NCBI GenBank assembly: GCA_051439605.1
Contig: JBFRWN010000082.1
Coordinates: 1 to 64,000 of the forward strand
Length of the DNA stretch: 64,000 nt
Direction of reading: 5' to 3'
Source of the DNA: Synechococcus sp.
Lineage (GTDB): Bacteria; Cyanobacteriota; Cyanobacteriia; Thermostichales; PCC-7336
Shown here: one piece after another, positions 32,412 through 43,280 of the stretch
How the letters are laid out: the number at the start of each line of letters is the position of its first letter
How positions within the stretch are numbered: position 1 is the stretch's first letter
Notes under the pieces: model-generated
What the model was told of the DNA's origin: nothing
The model's database searches: none
Seen by the model: only the letters and a program-made list of their open reading frames with translations
Program-made: the position numbers and the translations under genes

Positions 32412-34052
32412 ATGAAATTTGCGCTGCTTCAACTGAATCCGATCGTGGGGGATCTGGCCGGCAATGCGGCGTTGATTCAAGCGGCAGTCGAACAGGCTGC
32501 GATAGCAGGATCGGATTTTGCCGTGACATCAGAGCTAGCTCTCTTGGGCTATCCCCCCAGAGATTTGCTGCTGCGCCAAAGTTTTATCGATCGCGCCTCC
32601 AAAACGCTTGAGGAACTTGCCCAATCTCTGCCCCAAAATATTGTGGCAATTGTCGGCACTGTTGCCCCAAATGTCAGTCAGGTGGGACACCCTCTGCACA
32701 ATAGCGCCGCTTGGCTGGAAAACGGTCGCATTAAGCGGGTATTCCACAAGCGCCTGTTACCCACCTACGATGTATTTGACGAAGATCGCTACTTCGAACC
32801 CACCAGCAAACTCAATCTGGTTAGCTTTCGTGGCTGCAAAATCGGCATTAGCATCTGTGAAGACATGTGGAACGATCGCGATTTCTGGCACCATCGCCGC
32901 TACGCAATCGATCCAGTAGAGGAAATGGCTCGAGCCGGTGCAGATCTACTGATTAATATGTCCGCGTCCCCATTCAGCATCGGGAAACAAAAACTGCGGG
33001 TGAACATGATGGCTGCCATGGCCCGCAAGCACCAATTACCGCTGCTTTATGTCAATCAGGTGGGGGGAAATGACGATCTAGTCTTTGACGGTGCCAGTTG
33101 CGCCTTCGATCGCCAGGGAATCGCGCTCGCTAGCGCTGCGGCTTTCGAACCAGACATCCTACTCACCGAGCCACTGGCCCCTCAATCGTCCACCCATATC
33201 CAAACCCCTTGGCCCCAAAATCCAGAAGAAGAACTCTATCGGGCTTTAGTGTTGGGAACGAGAGACTACGTTCGCAAATGTGGGTTCACCCAGGTGGTAT
33301 TGGGTTTGTCTGGCGGTATCGATTCGGCGGTTACTGCGGCGATCGCGGCAGATTCGCTGGGTCCCGAAAACGTTCTGGGAGTTTTGATGCCCTCCCCCTA
33401 CAGCAGCCAGGGGAGCATCGATGATGCCCTGGAACTGGCCGAGAATTTAGGCATAGAAACTCACACCATCCCCATTTCTCCCATGATGAATGCGTTCGAG
33501 TCTGCCCTAAGCAAGCCATTTGCGGGGCTAGAGGCGGATGTTACAGAAGAAAACCTGCAGTCGCGCATTCGCGGCAATTTACTTATGGCCTTCTCCAATA
33601 AATTGGGGCGTTTGTTACTGACAACCGGAAATAAGTCGGAGTTAGCTGTGGGTTATTGCACGATTTATGGAGACATGTCCGGTGGCTTAGCTGTCATCTC
33701 GGATGTCCCCAAAACCCAGGTTTACGCTCTGGCCCGCTGGATGAATCGGGATAGGACGATCGTGCCAGTCTCAACCATCGAAAAACCCCCCTCCGCCGAA
33801 CTCAAGCCCGATCAGCGGGATTCAGACAGCCTTCCCCCCTACGAAATTCTGGATGAAGTGCTGCGCCTCCATATAGAAGACCATCTGGATGTCAGCGAGA
33901 TTGCCGCCCGAGGCTTTAATGGGGCCATGGTCGATCGCGTCATAGCTTTGGTGAAAAGAGCTGAATTTAAACGTCATCAAGCTGCGCCGGGGCTGCGGGT
34001 AACCGATCGCGCCTTCGGGACAGGCTGGAGAATGGCGATCGCTCGTCGATAG
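32412..34052 (+). CDS. nadE: Glutamine-dependent NAD+ synthetase
   Basis: Nitrilase domain (GYPPRD, ICEDMW) plus LGLSGGIDS, ENLQSRIR, TTGNKSE, PPSAEL. Confidence 0.96.
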   Translation: MKFALLQLNPIVGDLAGNAALIQAAVEQAAIAGSDFAVTSELALLGYPPRDLLLRQSFIDRASKTLEELAQSLPQNIVAIVGTVAPNVSQVGHPLHNSAAWLENGRIKRVFHKRLLPTYDVFDEDRYFEPTSKLNLVSFRGCKIGISICEDMWNDRDFWHHRRYAIDPVEEMARAGADLLINMSASPFSIGKQKLRVNMMAAMARKHQLPLLYVNQVGGNDDLVFDGASCAFDRQGIALASAAAFEPDILLTEPLAPQSSTHIQTPWPQNPEEELYRALVLGTRDYVRKCGFTQVVLGLSGGIDSAVTAAIAADSLGPENVLGVLMPSPYSSQGSIDDALELAENLGIETHTIPISPMMNAFESALSKPFAGLEADVTEENLQSRIRGNLLMAFSNKLGRLLLTTGNKSELAVGYCTIYGDMSGGLAVISDVPKTQVYALARWMNRDRTIVPVSTIEKPPSAELKPDQRDSDSLPPYEILDEVLRLHIEDHLDVSEIAARGFNGAMVDRVIALVKRAEFKRHQAAPGLRVTDRAFGTGWRMAIARR

Positions 34053-34083
34053 GGGGCGATCGAGGTAATATAGAAAAGCCTTA

Positions 34084-34157
34084 CGGGATGTAGCGCAGCT
34101 TGGTAGCGCATCTGCTTTGGGAGCAGAGGGTCGCAGGTTCGAATCCTGTCATCCCGA
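34084..34157 (+). tRNA. tRNA-Pro (anticodon TGG)
   Basis: CGGGATG/CATCCCG acceptor stem, TCTGC-TTTGGGA-GCAGA anticodon arm, GGTTCGAATC T-arm. Confidence 0.97.
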
Positions 34158-34701
34158 TACCGAACGGACGTATCGACACCCATTGCAGCCTTTGTTGGAG
34201 GATGCACCTCTGCTGTTGACCGTATGCCATTGGAATTAACCGTTACGGGGTCAGCGCGGAGGGACCCAACGAACCAACCATTCAGCTCGTTGTTACAAGA
34301 ACCTTGCAGAAGCATTCGCGATGGTACGTGACTGCTGATTTCTGCTATGGCGACCGTCAAGTCGCTGAGGAATTTCAGCCATCCCAATCCCTTGCCTGGT
34401 AGTGACATCTTTGTCCTCACGGAAATGTGATGAGATATATCTCCTGCAATAACACTGCGGAACAACTCAATGAATTTCTCTCGCAGGACAGCTAGCAAGA
34501 CTGGAAAGGGGTCTACAAGCGAAACTTTATTATTCGTTCGACTGATTTCCTCAATAGAAACACTTTTGAAATACCGCAAATAATTTCTCAAGTAACCATT
34601 AATAGTGATGAGAAGTGCATAGAGAACATCCTGGTAGCTCGGAAAACTATGAAAGCGCGCAGATTGTTGTTTCAAGCTGTGAAATTTTTTTATCACCCTC
34701 T

Positions 34702-34707
34702 GGGTAA
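34702..34707 (+). promoter_or_regulatory. Putative SigF-type promoter element of the pilin gene
   Basis: GGGTAA about 50 nt upstream of the pilin ATG; matches the motif known for cyanobacterial pilA1 SigF promoters. Confidence 0.5.
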
Positions 34708-34755
34708 TCTGACGTTGTCAGCAAAACAGCTGAGTAACGGACTGTAAAAGTAGGA

Positions 34756-35232
34756 ATGGTTATGAACTCTATTCTCCGCGCAAAATTGATGGGTCGCTCT
34801 TTGAAAGATGCTAAGGGCTTTACCCTGATCGAACTTTTGGTTGTAATCGTAATTGTCGGCGTTCTGTCTGGTGTTGCGGTTCCCACCTTCTTGAGCCAAA
34901 TTCGTCGCTCCCGCGCTGCTGAAGCTCAAAGCGGATTGGCTAGTGTCGGTACTGCTAGCGAAATCTACCGTTTTGATAACGGCGTTTATCCCGGTGCAGT
35001 TGGCGATATTGAAGCCTCCGGTGACTTGGAAATTACCTGGGCTAACTTGGCTCCCAACTATGGAATCGCCGCACAAACTGGTGGTGGATCTCAATCTGGC
35101 ATCCTTTGGAGAGCTACCGGTAACGTAGCGCCTTACACCACTTCAGCTGGCGATGGAACCGCAGTAGTCTGCGACAAAGGGTTGGGCGATCAGTCAGGCA
35201 ACTCTACTGTTAATGAGAACTGCAACATCTAA
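34756..35232 (+). CDS. pilA: Type IV pilin
   Basis: Basic leader, G|FTLIELLVVIVIVGVL class III cleavage site, C-terminal Cys pair. Confidence 0.92.
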   Translation: MVMNSILRAKLMGRSLKDAKGFTLIELLVVIVIVGVLSGVAVPTFLSQIRRSRAAEAQSGLASVGTASEIYRFDNGVYPGAVGDIEASGDLEITWANLAPNYGIAAQTGGGSQSGILWRATGNVAPYTTSAGDGTAVVCDKGLGDQSGNSTVNENCNI

Positions 35233-35287
35233 ATTGAGATGTAGTTCAAACTGCAGCTACTCATCAGTTTGAAATTCAATAGTTGTC

Positions 35288-35330
35288 AATGTAGAAGAAG
35301 CGGATCGATCCTTCTTCTACATTTCTCTTC
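35288..35330 (+). terminator. Hairpin/terminator downstream of pilin
   Basis: AATGTAGAAGAAG...CTTCTTCTACATT 13-bp stem followed by a pyrimidine run. Confidence 0.6.
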
Positions 35331-35443
35331 TTGAGAGACACATTTTGTCGATAATTCCAATTAATAAATCAAAAAACATACAATAAGAACCTCCCTAGAA
35401 ATCAACTCTAATAATTAGTCAGAAAATTTTGGGAGTAAATGTC

Positions 35444-36211
35444 ATGGTTCGTCAGAATTTCTCGTTTTTTTCAACATTATGTCGTTACCTATTTTCGCCG
35501 ATTTCGGCAGGTTTTTTGTCGGGGTTAACAGCCATCTCTTTACAGTGGTTTGCCCTGCAATCCCCTCAGGCATCAGACAACCATATTGCAGAACAAGAGG
35601 ATCCGCATTTAACCGCTCGGGTGGGAAGTAGCCTTGGCTATCGAGGATTAACAGCGTCCAACCTGTGGCTTTCGTTCATTCAATATTACGGTCACGAGGC
35701 CCGACAGGAAGTTGGCTACGCATATGTTTCCGATTTTTTTGAAAGCATTGTAGAAAGCGAACCGCGATTTGTAGATGCCTACTTCTTGGCTTCTTCTGCA
35801 GTAGCTATTCGGTCAGGCGAGCCAGATAATGCTGTCAACATACTTGAAAAAGGTCTGGCGACAGTCACGCCAGACTGGTATGGCGATGCTTACCGGATTC
35901 CCCATCAACTGGCCAGTCTCAATTTTCTATACTTAGGGGACGTGCAAAAGAGCCGAGAATATTACTATCAAGCCGCAGATTGGTACGAGGCAACCTACGC
36001 AGATTCCAGGCAAGGATGGAGGGCTTTAGGCAATAATATTGCGAACAATCCCCGCAGCAAGCTCGCGCAATTTAATGCCTGGATGCAGTCTTTTCAGGTG
36101 AACCCCGATCCCGAGATCCAAGATTACATCTTAGAAAAGTTAGGCGAACTTGGAGAAGTCAATAGACTTCCTGACGGAAGTATCCAAATTATTCCTCCTA
36201 CAGAAAGCTAA
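35444..36211 (+). CDS. Pilin-locus-associated TPR-like protein
   Basis: N-terminal hydrophobic segment, LGYRGLTASNLWLSFIQYYG, EPRFVDAY; helical repeats; typical position downstream of cyanobacterial pilA. Confidence 0.7.
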   Translation: MVRQNFSFFSTLCRYLFSPISAGFLSGLTAISLQWFALQSPQASDNHIAEQEDPHLTARVGSSLGYRGLTASNLWLSFIQYYGHEARQEVGYAYVSDFFESIVESEPRFVDAYFLASSAVAIRSGEPDNAVNILEKGLATVTPDWYGDAYRIPHQLASLNFLYLGDVQKSREYYYQAADWYEATYADSRQGWRALGNNIANNPRSKLAQFNAWMQSFQVNPDPEIQDYILEKLGELGEVNRLPDGSIQIIPPTES

Positions 36212-36252
36212 TCGGGAGAAACAGAGTACAAGCATCTGAAACAACGGCACGA

Positions 36253-36693
36253 TTAGTTCACGCTAAGAGGTAGCGATACTTTAGGCGCATGTCCCCAGAA
36301 TGCTTCTAGGTCATAAAACTCTCGCTCGGCTTCAAGCTGAACGTGAACGATCACATCTCCATAATCCATCAAAACCCATGTCGCCTCGTTAAGTCCCTCA
36401 AGTCGGAAAGGTTCCAAATTCAGCTGCTCTAGCAACGCCTCTTCAATCGCCCCTACAATCGCTTTCACCTGAGTTGTTGAATATCCCGTCACAACAACAA
36501 AGTAATCAGCAATTACCGAGACGGCACCCACATCCAAACAAACAATATCCCCCCCCTTTCGCTCGTCTGCAGCTTTTGCCGCAGTAAGGGCGATCGCAAA
36601 ACTCTCCTTGTCCCGGATGGATGTCGAGTCGTAACCAAAGTCACGAATACTGTCGGCATCAACGCTGGGGGAAGCATCTAATGTATTCGTCAT
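36253..36693 (-). CDS. rsfS: Ribosome silencing factor
   Basis: AADERKGGDI, ADYFVVVTG, WVLMDYGDVIVH, REFYDLEAFW. Confidence 0.95.
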   Translation of the reverse strand: MTNTLDASPSVDADSIRDFGYDSTSIRDKESFAIALTAAKAADERKGGDIVCLDVGAVSVIADYFVVVTGYSTTQVKAIVGAIEEALLEQLNLEPFRLEGLNEATWVLMDYGDVIVHVQLEAEREFYDLEAFWGHAPKVSLPLSVN

Positions 36694-36713
36694 GGGGGAA
36701 TTGGGGTGTTTGT

Positions 36714-37334
36714 TTAGCAAGCGATGGTCTCCAGAGACGTGGGTAAGGGGGATTGGTCTGCGTGTTGTAAAAACCAATTGCGGGTCTGAATGGTTCTTGG
36801 GTGAATGGGACAGCCTTTCGCTATTAGATACTGTAGAGAATCATCACTCGTTGCCACAACCGCACTATAGAGATGTTGCTCGACCAAATTACGTAGATTC
36901 TTCAGTCTATCGGATTGACCGCGGCTGGGCTCCAGAGCATCGGCTAAAAAGACAACGCAGCTTAAGGTAGACATGCCAGCACCACCCAAGGTATGGCAGC
37001 GAATTGCATCCAAAATATCTGGGTCGGTGACCTTGAACCGATCGCGGGCCACGATTGCCCCCACATCCGCATGAATCAGATGGGGTTGAGCTTGCAAAAT
37101 AGGATCGAGGACTAGTCCCTCTGCGGTCGCTATACTGAGCAAGCGATCGCCTGAGTAGTACTTCGCGAGGTCGTGCAGCAATCCCGCGCAAGCAGCTTTT
37201 TCTGCATCAACGCCATATAATTGCGCCCAGCGACTAGCTGTCTGCTCGACCCCCAAGATGTGGCGCACTCTAGGGGGCGGAACGTTATTGGAAAGCCAGT
37301 TCAACACATGGGTGCGGAATGAAGACAAATACAT
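36714..37334 (-). CDS. yqeK: HD-domain bis(5'-nucleosyl)-tetraphosphatase
   Basis: RVRHILGV, AGLLHDLAK, AIRCHTLG, LADALEPSR; adjacent to rsfS. Confidence 0.9.
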   Translation of the reverse strand: MYLSSFRTHVLNWLSNNVPPPRVRHILGVEQTASRWAQLYGVDAEKAACAGLLHDLAKYYSGDRLLSIATAEGLVLDPILQAQPHLIHADVGAIVARDRFKVTDPDILDAIRCHTLGGAGMSTLSCVVFLADALEPSRGQSDRLKNLRNLVEQHLYSAVVATSDDSLQYLIAKGCPIHPRTIQTRNWFLQHADQSPLPTSLETIAC

Positions 37335-38004
37335 ATTTATTGGAAGTTAAAAGACCCAATCACTTAGTCCTTTTCTCCAGACTAGCCTTTGTTGTGTGAG
37401 ATGAAAACTCGTTGAGCCACAACGAACAAGACCTATCTACCACCGACAAAGCCGCACGCCTACTGCAATACCAACATCTCTCGTAGGAGCCGAGCAGCGG
37501 CATAATCATAAGAAGCTACGAGAATACTGTCGCAAATCTGTAATGTACTTACCTTGCCTACAAGCTCGATCTCAGCAGCCCAAAATAAAGGGACAGTAGA
37601 CCCATTGCGGAACAATTGAGTTAGAGCTGATTCTCCATACTTGAGCCAGTCTGTCTGAGTTCAGTCTCAAACGTAAGCGTCTTTACAAAAAATCTTATCT
37701 AGTACTGTTTTTTCAGAGCTGCTGTACACAGCATCAACAATGACAACGCGACATCTCTGCCTCTATCGATTGCCCTAGGAAGCTTGACCGCACATCACAG
37801 TCAGGGAAAAAGGACATGACCATTTCGATTGCTAAATTATATAGATAACAATGGTTTCGACATGTGTCGGAGCTCGTAAACTTTGACTGAGAAGTCGATT
37901 AAGAAATGTCACGAAGCGGGGTCTGGTACTCGCCTAATGCCTGACAATTGGCATCGGTATCCCTGTTATACTCTTCCTAAAATTGCCTTGAGGGTAGTCA
38001 TTAA

Positions 38005-38490
38005 ATGAGTGTTGTCACTAAATCTATTGTGAATGCGGACGCTGAAGCGCGTTATTTAAGCCCCGGCGAATTAGAGCGAATCAAGTCCTTCGTTGCTAGT
38101 GGTGAGCGTCGCCTGCGTGTTGCTCAAACATTGACCGAGAATCGCGAGCGCATTGTGAAGCAAGCGGGTGATAGGCTATTCCAGATGCGTCCCGACGTTG
38201 TTTCCCCCGGAGGTAATGCTTACGGTGAGGAAATGACCGCCACCTGTCTGCGCGATATGGACTACTATTTGCGCTTAGTCACCTACGGTGTAGTGTCTGG
38301 AGATGTTACCCCTATCGAAGAGATTGGTTTGATTGGCGTTAAAGAGATGTACAACGCTCTGGGAACCCCAATCCCTGCAATTGCAGAATCTGTAAACCAA
38401 ATGAAGCAGGTGGCTACTAGTTTGCTATCCGGTGATGATGCAGTCGAAGCAGCTTATTATTTTGATTATGTCGTTGGTTCTATGACTTAG
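38005..38490 (+). CDS. apcA: Allophycocyanin alpha subunit
   Basis: [30 protein letters not shown] chromophore Cys. Confidence 0.98.
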   Translation: MSVVTKSIVNADAEARYLSPGELERIKSFVASGERRLRVAQTLTENRERIVKQAGDRLFQMRPDVVSPGGNAYGEEMTATCLRDMDYYLRLVTYGVVSGDVTPIEEIGLIGVKEMYNALGTPIPAIAESVNQMKQVATSLLSGDDAVEAAYYFDYVVGSMT

Positions 38491-38568
38491 TTATGGTTCG
38501 CTTCTGCTTCTAGATTCAATTAAGACTCTTTACAACAACTTGTTATTTGATTAGGAAACAACATCACC

Positions 38569-39057
38569 ATGCAAGATGCAATCACTTCAGTCATCAATAG
38601 CTATGACATGCAGGGCAAGTATTTGGACAGCGCAGCCATCAGTAAGCTGCAGTCCTTTTACACCACCGGTGAGCTGCGCGTGCGTGCCGCTGCAACCATC
38701 TCTGCCAATGCTTCTGCAATCGTTCGCGATGCTACTGCTAAGGCGCTGCTATACTCCGACCTAACCCGTCCTGGCGGAAATATGTACACCACCCGTCGCT
38801 ACGCTGCTTGCATTCGCGACCAAGACTACTACCTGCGTTACGCTACTTACGCAATGCTGGCTGGCGACACATCCATTCTGGACGAGCGCGTTTTGAACGG
38901 CCTGAAAGAGACCTACAACTCTCTGGGTGTGCCCATCGGTGCAACCGTCCAGGCAATTCAAGCCATGAAGGAAGTAACCGCTGCTTTGGTAGGTCCCGAC
39001 GCTGGCAAAGAAATGGGCGTATACTTCGACTACATTTGCTCTGGTCTGGGCTCCTAA
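38569..39057 (+). CDS. apcB: Allophycocyanin beta subunit
   Basis: [28 protein letters not shown]. Confidence 0.98.
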   Translation: MQDAITSVINSYDMQGKYLDSAAISKLQSFYTTGELRVRAAATISANASAIVRDATAKALLYSDLTRPGGNMYTTRRYAACIRDQDYYLRYATYAMLAGDTSILDERVLNGLKETYNSLGVPIGATVQAIQAMKEVTAALVGPDAGKEMGVYFDYICSGLGS

Positions 39058-39228
39058 GTCTTACCCAGCTCAATCGCCCAACCTGTGGGCAGTTGTAGCA
39101 GACTGTATATTTAATTACTTGTCTAAAAAATCTATCGGGTCATGCGCTGTAGAACCTGAGGTTCATCTGCAGGTTTTTAAGTGGCTGACCCGTTTACCGA
39201 TTAATACCGATTGTTGGGGCTACTTGCC

Positions 39229-39432
39229 ATGCGGACGTTCAAAATTACAGCCTGTTTTCCAACGACAACCAACATTCGAACTCAGCGTCAGTTACAGAAC
39301 ACCTATGTGACGAAGATGGTGAGTTACAACAACTGGTTTAAGGAACAACAGCGAATTCAGAAAGCTGGTGGCAAAATTATCAAAGTTGAGCTTGCAACCG
39401 GCATCAAGGGCCTGAACGTAGGGTTGTCCTAA
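39229..39432 (+). CDS. apcC: Phycobilisome core small linker
   Basis: MRTFKITAC...RTQRQLQNTY...WFKEQQRIQKAGGKIIKVELATG. Confidence 0.96.
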   Translation: MRTFKITACFPTTTNIRTQRQLQNTYVTKMVSYNNWFKEQQRIQKAGGKIIKVELATGIKGLNVGLS

Positions 39433-39648
39433 GAGCTAACCATCCTCTAAGCGTGGATTGCTCTTGATTTTTCCATTGGGTGGCTAATGCTTTGCAACTA
39501 GCCACTCGTATTGTGTTGGTGGAGTTCTGAATATTAAATCGCGTGATAAGAATGACATTTTTATAATCCGCCTTCAGGATGGCTGCGTTCATTCCCCAAT
39601 CCGGTTTATGGTGTTATGGCTGAATGTACGTGAACTGGATCGACGAAC

Positions 39649-40944
39649 GTGGCTTACAATCTGGGGTTACTCGGCCTGGGAACTGTGGGTACGGGAGTGG
39701 CCCAAATTCTTCAATCCCCCAGCCAACGGAATCCTTTGCTTAAGGAGCTTCGCATTGCAAAGGTTGGCGTCCGCTCTCCGAATAAGGTGCGCGATATTCA
39801 GCTACCTCAAGACATCTTGACTGACAATTTGGAAGAGATTGTCACAAATGAAAATATCGATCTAGTCGTAGAGCTATTGGGTGGGATTGAGCCAGCGCGA
39901 AGCCTGATTCTAAAGGCGATCGCCCACGGGAAACACGTGGTAACTGCAAATAAAGCTGCGATCGCCAGTCATGGTGAAGAGATCTTTGCTGCAGCCGAAT
40001 CTCAAGGGGTTTGTGTCTTTTTTGAAGCGGCAGTTGCGGGAGGCATTCCAATTTTGCAACCTCTGCAGCAATGTTTAGGGGCAAACGTTCTAGAGTCCAT
40101 TAGCGGCATTGTTAACGGTACAACAAACTTTATACTCGATCGCATGACCCAAAACGGGGCTGCATTTGAAGATGCGTTGGCAACGGCTCAGGAGTTGGGG
40201 TATGCCGAAGCCGATCCGACGGCTGATGTCGATGGGTTAGATGCAGCAGACAAGATTGCGATTTTAGCTAGCTTAGCCTTCAACCAGCGCGTCAACAGAA
40301 AGGAAGTGTTTTGCGAGGGAATTCGCCACATCACAGCTAGCGATATTTCCCATGCTCGCGATTGGGGCTTTGAAGTGAAACTGCTGGCAATCGCCAATCG
40401 GCTTGATGGAAGCAACGGTCAGTTGGATATTCGCGTGCACCCCACTCTGTTGCCGCACGCACACCCTCTGGCCAACGTGCACGATGCCAACAATGCTGTG
40501 TTAGTGCGTGGTAGCCCTTTGGGTGAGGTCATGTTTTATGGCCCGGGAGCTGGACGCGGACCAACAGCCAGTGCGGTGGTGTCGGATGTGATCAATGTGA
40601 TTGCTCGCTTGGAACTGGGGGGGAAGCATCCCAACCAGCTTTTCCTCTCTAGACCTCTGAGCACTGCGGAGGTGCGCAGTATCGAAGAGACGACTCTGCG
40701 GTTCTACACGCGTCTGCTAGCTCGGGATCGGGCTGGTGTTATTGGCGAGTTGGGTCAATGCTTCGGAAAATACGACGTTAGCTTAGAGCAAGTGGTACAG
40801 AAGGATGTCACTAACGACATAGCTGAGGTGGTCGTCTTGACGCATAACGTTGCGGAAAAGAATTTCCGACAGGCGATCGCCGCCATCGAACAGCTCGATT
40901 CCATCCAGTCAGTACCCTCCACAATCAGAGTCCTACCAGGGTAG
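39649..40944 (+). CDS. hom: Homoserine dehydrogenase
   Basis: GLGTVGTG, HVVTANK, EAAVAGGIP, GYAEADPTADVDG, C-terminal ACT domain. Confidence 0.96.
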   Translation: MAYNLGLLGLGTVGTGVAQILQSPSQRNPLLKELRIAKVGVRSPNKVRDIQLPQDILTDNLEEIVTNENIDLVVELLGGIEPARSLILKAIAHGKHVVTANKAAIASHGEEIFAAAESQGVCVFFEAAVAGGIPILQPLQQCLGANVLESISGIVNGTTNFILDRMTQNGAAFEDALATAQELGYAEADPTADVDGLDAADKIAILASLAFNQRVNRKEVFCEGIRHITASDISHARDWGFEVKLLAIANRLDGSNGQLDIRVHPTLLPHAHPLANVHDANNAVLVRGSPLGEVMFYGPGAGRGPTASAVVSDVINVIARLELGGKHPNQLFLSRPLSTAEVRSIEETTLRFYTRLLARDRAGVIGELGQCFGKYDVSLEQVVQKDVTNDIAEVVVLTHNVAEKNFRQAIAAIEQLDSIQSVPSTIRVLPG

Positions 40945-40974
40945 AGGTTGAACGAAGCGGAAGGAATTAATCCT

Positions 40975-42279
40975 TCAAGATAGACGATTCCAGCACCGTC
41001 CATTGCTCCAGCAAGCAATAACCTGGCCCTTGATTTCTTGATTCCAGTAGGGGGTAGCTGTGGATAAGCTGTACGCAGACTGTCGATTTAGAGTCCAGGA
41101 GCGATCTGGGACGAAAATTGTACAATTGGCCGACTCGCCAATTGCGAGGGTAGGTGAAGGCAACCTTAGTATTGCAGCCGGCTTTTGAGACAGGACAGAC
41201 CATAACTCTACTGAAGAGATGCCCCCCTCCATCACCAGCCGTTGCCACAGCAGTGGCAAAGCCAGTTCCAAACCGATCGCTCCTGCTGGAGCTTCCGCAA
41301 AGGCGACGGTTTTCTCTTCAAAGGTGTAAGGGGTGTGATCGGTGGCAATTGCGGAGAGCGTACCATCTTGCACGGCATCAACAAGAGCTTGGCGATCGCT
41401 GTCGCTTCCCAACGGAACGTGGAGGTGAAGGGCGGGGTGATAGTGGTAGGTTTCGATGTCGCGATCGGCGAACAGTAGGTGCATCCAGGTGGTACTGGCG
41501 GTGATGGGTAAAGCGGTGCTCTGGGCCTGGCGCACAAGTGCGACACTGCGGGCTTGGCTGAGACGCATGAGGTGAACGGGGGTTTCCGTTAAGGCCACCA
41601 GTTCAATGATTTGGGCCACTGCAAGGGGTTCGGCCGCTGTACAGCTTCCCTTTACTCCAGCCCGAATCGACCATTGCCCCTCCAGCATGCCCCCGCCTGC
41701 CAGAGAGTTTGCCTGAGGCCATAGCAGAATGGGAATTTGCAGGGGATGGGCATATTCCAGCATTCGCCTCAGTAACGGTAGCGAGTCGATCGGGCGGTTA
41801 TCGCAGAAGGCGATCGCCCCTGAATCCACCAACTCAGCTAATTCTGTCAGGGACTCTCCACGGGTGCCGTGGGTTATGGCAGCAAATGGGAGCCAGTGGG
41901 GGGGGGCATTCGATGCCCGATGGTCCAGAATCGCTTGAATTGCGTCGGGGGTATCCACCACCGGGTCAGTGGTGGGCAGCAGTCCAACTTGCGTAAATCC
42001 TCCAGCTAGCGCCGCATTCGTGAGCGAATGCAGCGTTTCCCGCTGTTCAAAACCGGGTTCCCCCGATTGGGCGTATAGATCGATTAGACCTGGGCCCATT
42101 ACCCAACCTTGGGCATCCACTGGCTCCGCCCCATCGGGTATGGACTCTATTCGATCCTCAATCGCCTGCAACTTTCCCCGTTCGATCCAGACATCGCCCA
42201 CCCGGTTAGTCTTGCTAGCGGGATCGAGGATGCGAATCTGTTGAAATATATAAGAGCGATCGATGTCGAACATACTCAT
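40975..42279 (-). CDS. pyrC: Dihydroorotase-like protein (probably non-catalytic PyrC'-type)
   Basis: PGLIDLYAQSGEPG (HxH replaced), AALAGGFT, IATDHTP, GAIGLE. Confidence 0.85.
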   Translation of the reverse strand: MSMFDIDRSYIFQQIRILDPASKTNRVGDVWIERGKLQAIEDRIESIPDGAEPVDAQGWVMGPGLIDLYAQSGEPGFEQRETLHSLTNAALAGGFTQVGLLPTTDPVVDTPDAIQAILDHRASNAPPHWLPFAAITHGTRGESLTELAELVDSGAIAFCDNRPIDSLPLLRRMLEYAHPLQIPILLWPQANSLAGGGMLEGQWSIRAGVKGSCTAAEPLAVAQIIELVALTETPVHLMRLSQARSVALVRQAQSTALPITASTTWMHLLFADRDIETYHYHPALHLHVPLGSDSDRQALVDAVQDGTLSAIATDHTPYTFEEKTVAFAEAPAGAIGLELALPLLWQRLVMEGGISSVELWSVLSQKPAAILRLPSPTLAIGESANCTIFVPDRSWTLNRQSAYSLSTATPYWNQEIKGQVIACWSNGRCWNRLS

Positions 42280-42473
42280 CTAAATGACACACCCCTGAGC
42301 ATCCCCACTGCTGGAGAGATAGGCTCAGTCAAGTCAAACGTAGCGACAAATTAATTGAGAGGGAACGATTTTGCAAAACCCGATCGACAACAGTCCCTAA
42401 AGACAATCAACCAACAACAGCTGCCTTGAACCAACTCCCTCTGAGGGGTGGGATGGGGATAAACATCTAAGCT

Positions 42474-43037
42474 TTAGCGCTGTCGGGCTAATAGCCGCTT
42501 GAACCCAGGAATAATCGCTAAAACTGTCAGCAGAAGCATATCGAGAGACAGCTCAAATAGGGCAAATTCCCGCCCAAAGTATTCTGGGTCCCAATAGCTG
42601 ATAGGGCTATAAAATCGCAGATTCCAGTTGAGGGGAAACAACAGTAGCGGTCCATCGTTCACATGGGTGGATATATCTATCGCTGTATGGAGCAGACATG
42701 CCATAAAAAAGTAGAAGCCCCAGCGGGAAAGACTTCCCACTCGATCGCGAGACGTCCACAAACAGCTGAGGGCAACGAGCAACACCAATGGGGAATGCAA
42801 AAAATTATGGAGCACAATCCAGAGGGGATCGTGGAAAAAAAGCCGATCGAACATCAACCGAAAAGACTCAGTCGCACTCATGCCTTGGTTGGTGTAGTGA
42901 ATGTAACCACCAATTGAGAGAAGATAAAGAGGAATATCGGGGGCAATCGATCCCACTAAAAAGGCACCGGTCACTATAGGATGGCGGGCAAACTTCGCCA
43001 CGGCTGCACCGATCAAAAAGTGAGAAGGGGTATTCAT
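42474..43037 (-). CDS. Membrane-bound metal-dependent hydrolase-like protein
   Basis: TPSH, GSIAPD, HNFLHS, LHTAIDISTH, LLFPL. Confidence 0.75.
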   Translation of the reverse strand: MNTPSHFLIGAAVAKFARHPIVTGAFLVGSIAPDIPLYLLSIGGYIHYTNQGMSATESFRLMFDRLFFHDPLWIVLHNFLHSPLVLLVALSCLWTSRDRVGSLSRWGFYFFMACLLHTAIDISTHVNDGPLLLFPLNWNLRFYSPISYWDPEYFGREFALFELSLDMLLLTVLAIIPGFKRLLARQR

Positions 43038-43280
43038 TCCTAACTTTGGATGCAATGTCCTTATCCTATCGATCCGCAGTGTTTTGGTATGACTCTCTTT
43101 GACAAGTGAACCGAGAGTTCTGACCCGAAGACTACTGCAGAGTGAGCTGTTTTCATCTCTGTTAGAACAGAAAGCTTAAGGGGCCTGGAGCGCTGAGATG
43201 TCTCACGCGATTCAACGGTTGCGATGATTGTCCTGTAGGTTTGCCAGAATATTACAGAGAAGCACTTCAAGGGCATCGCC

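Noticed and set aside
33977..34696. 239-aa minus-strand ORF
   Set aside because: Runs antisense through tRNA-Pro and the end of nadE; no motifs.
37541..37553. NtcA site upstream of apcA/yqeK
   Set aside because: GTA-N7-TAC spacing does not match the GTA-N8-TAC consensus.
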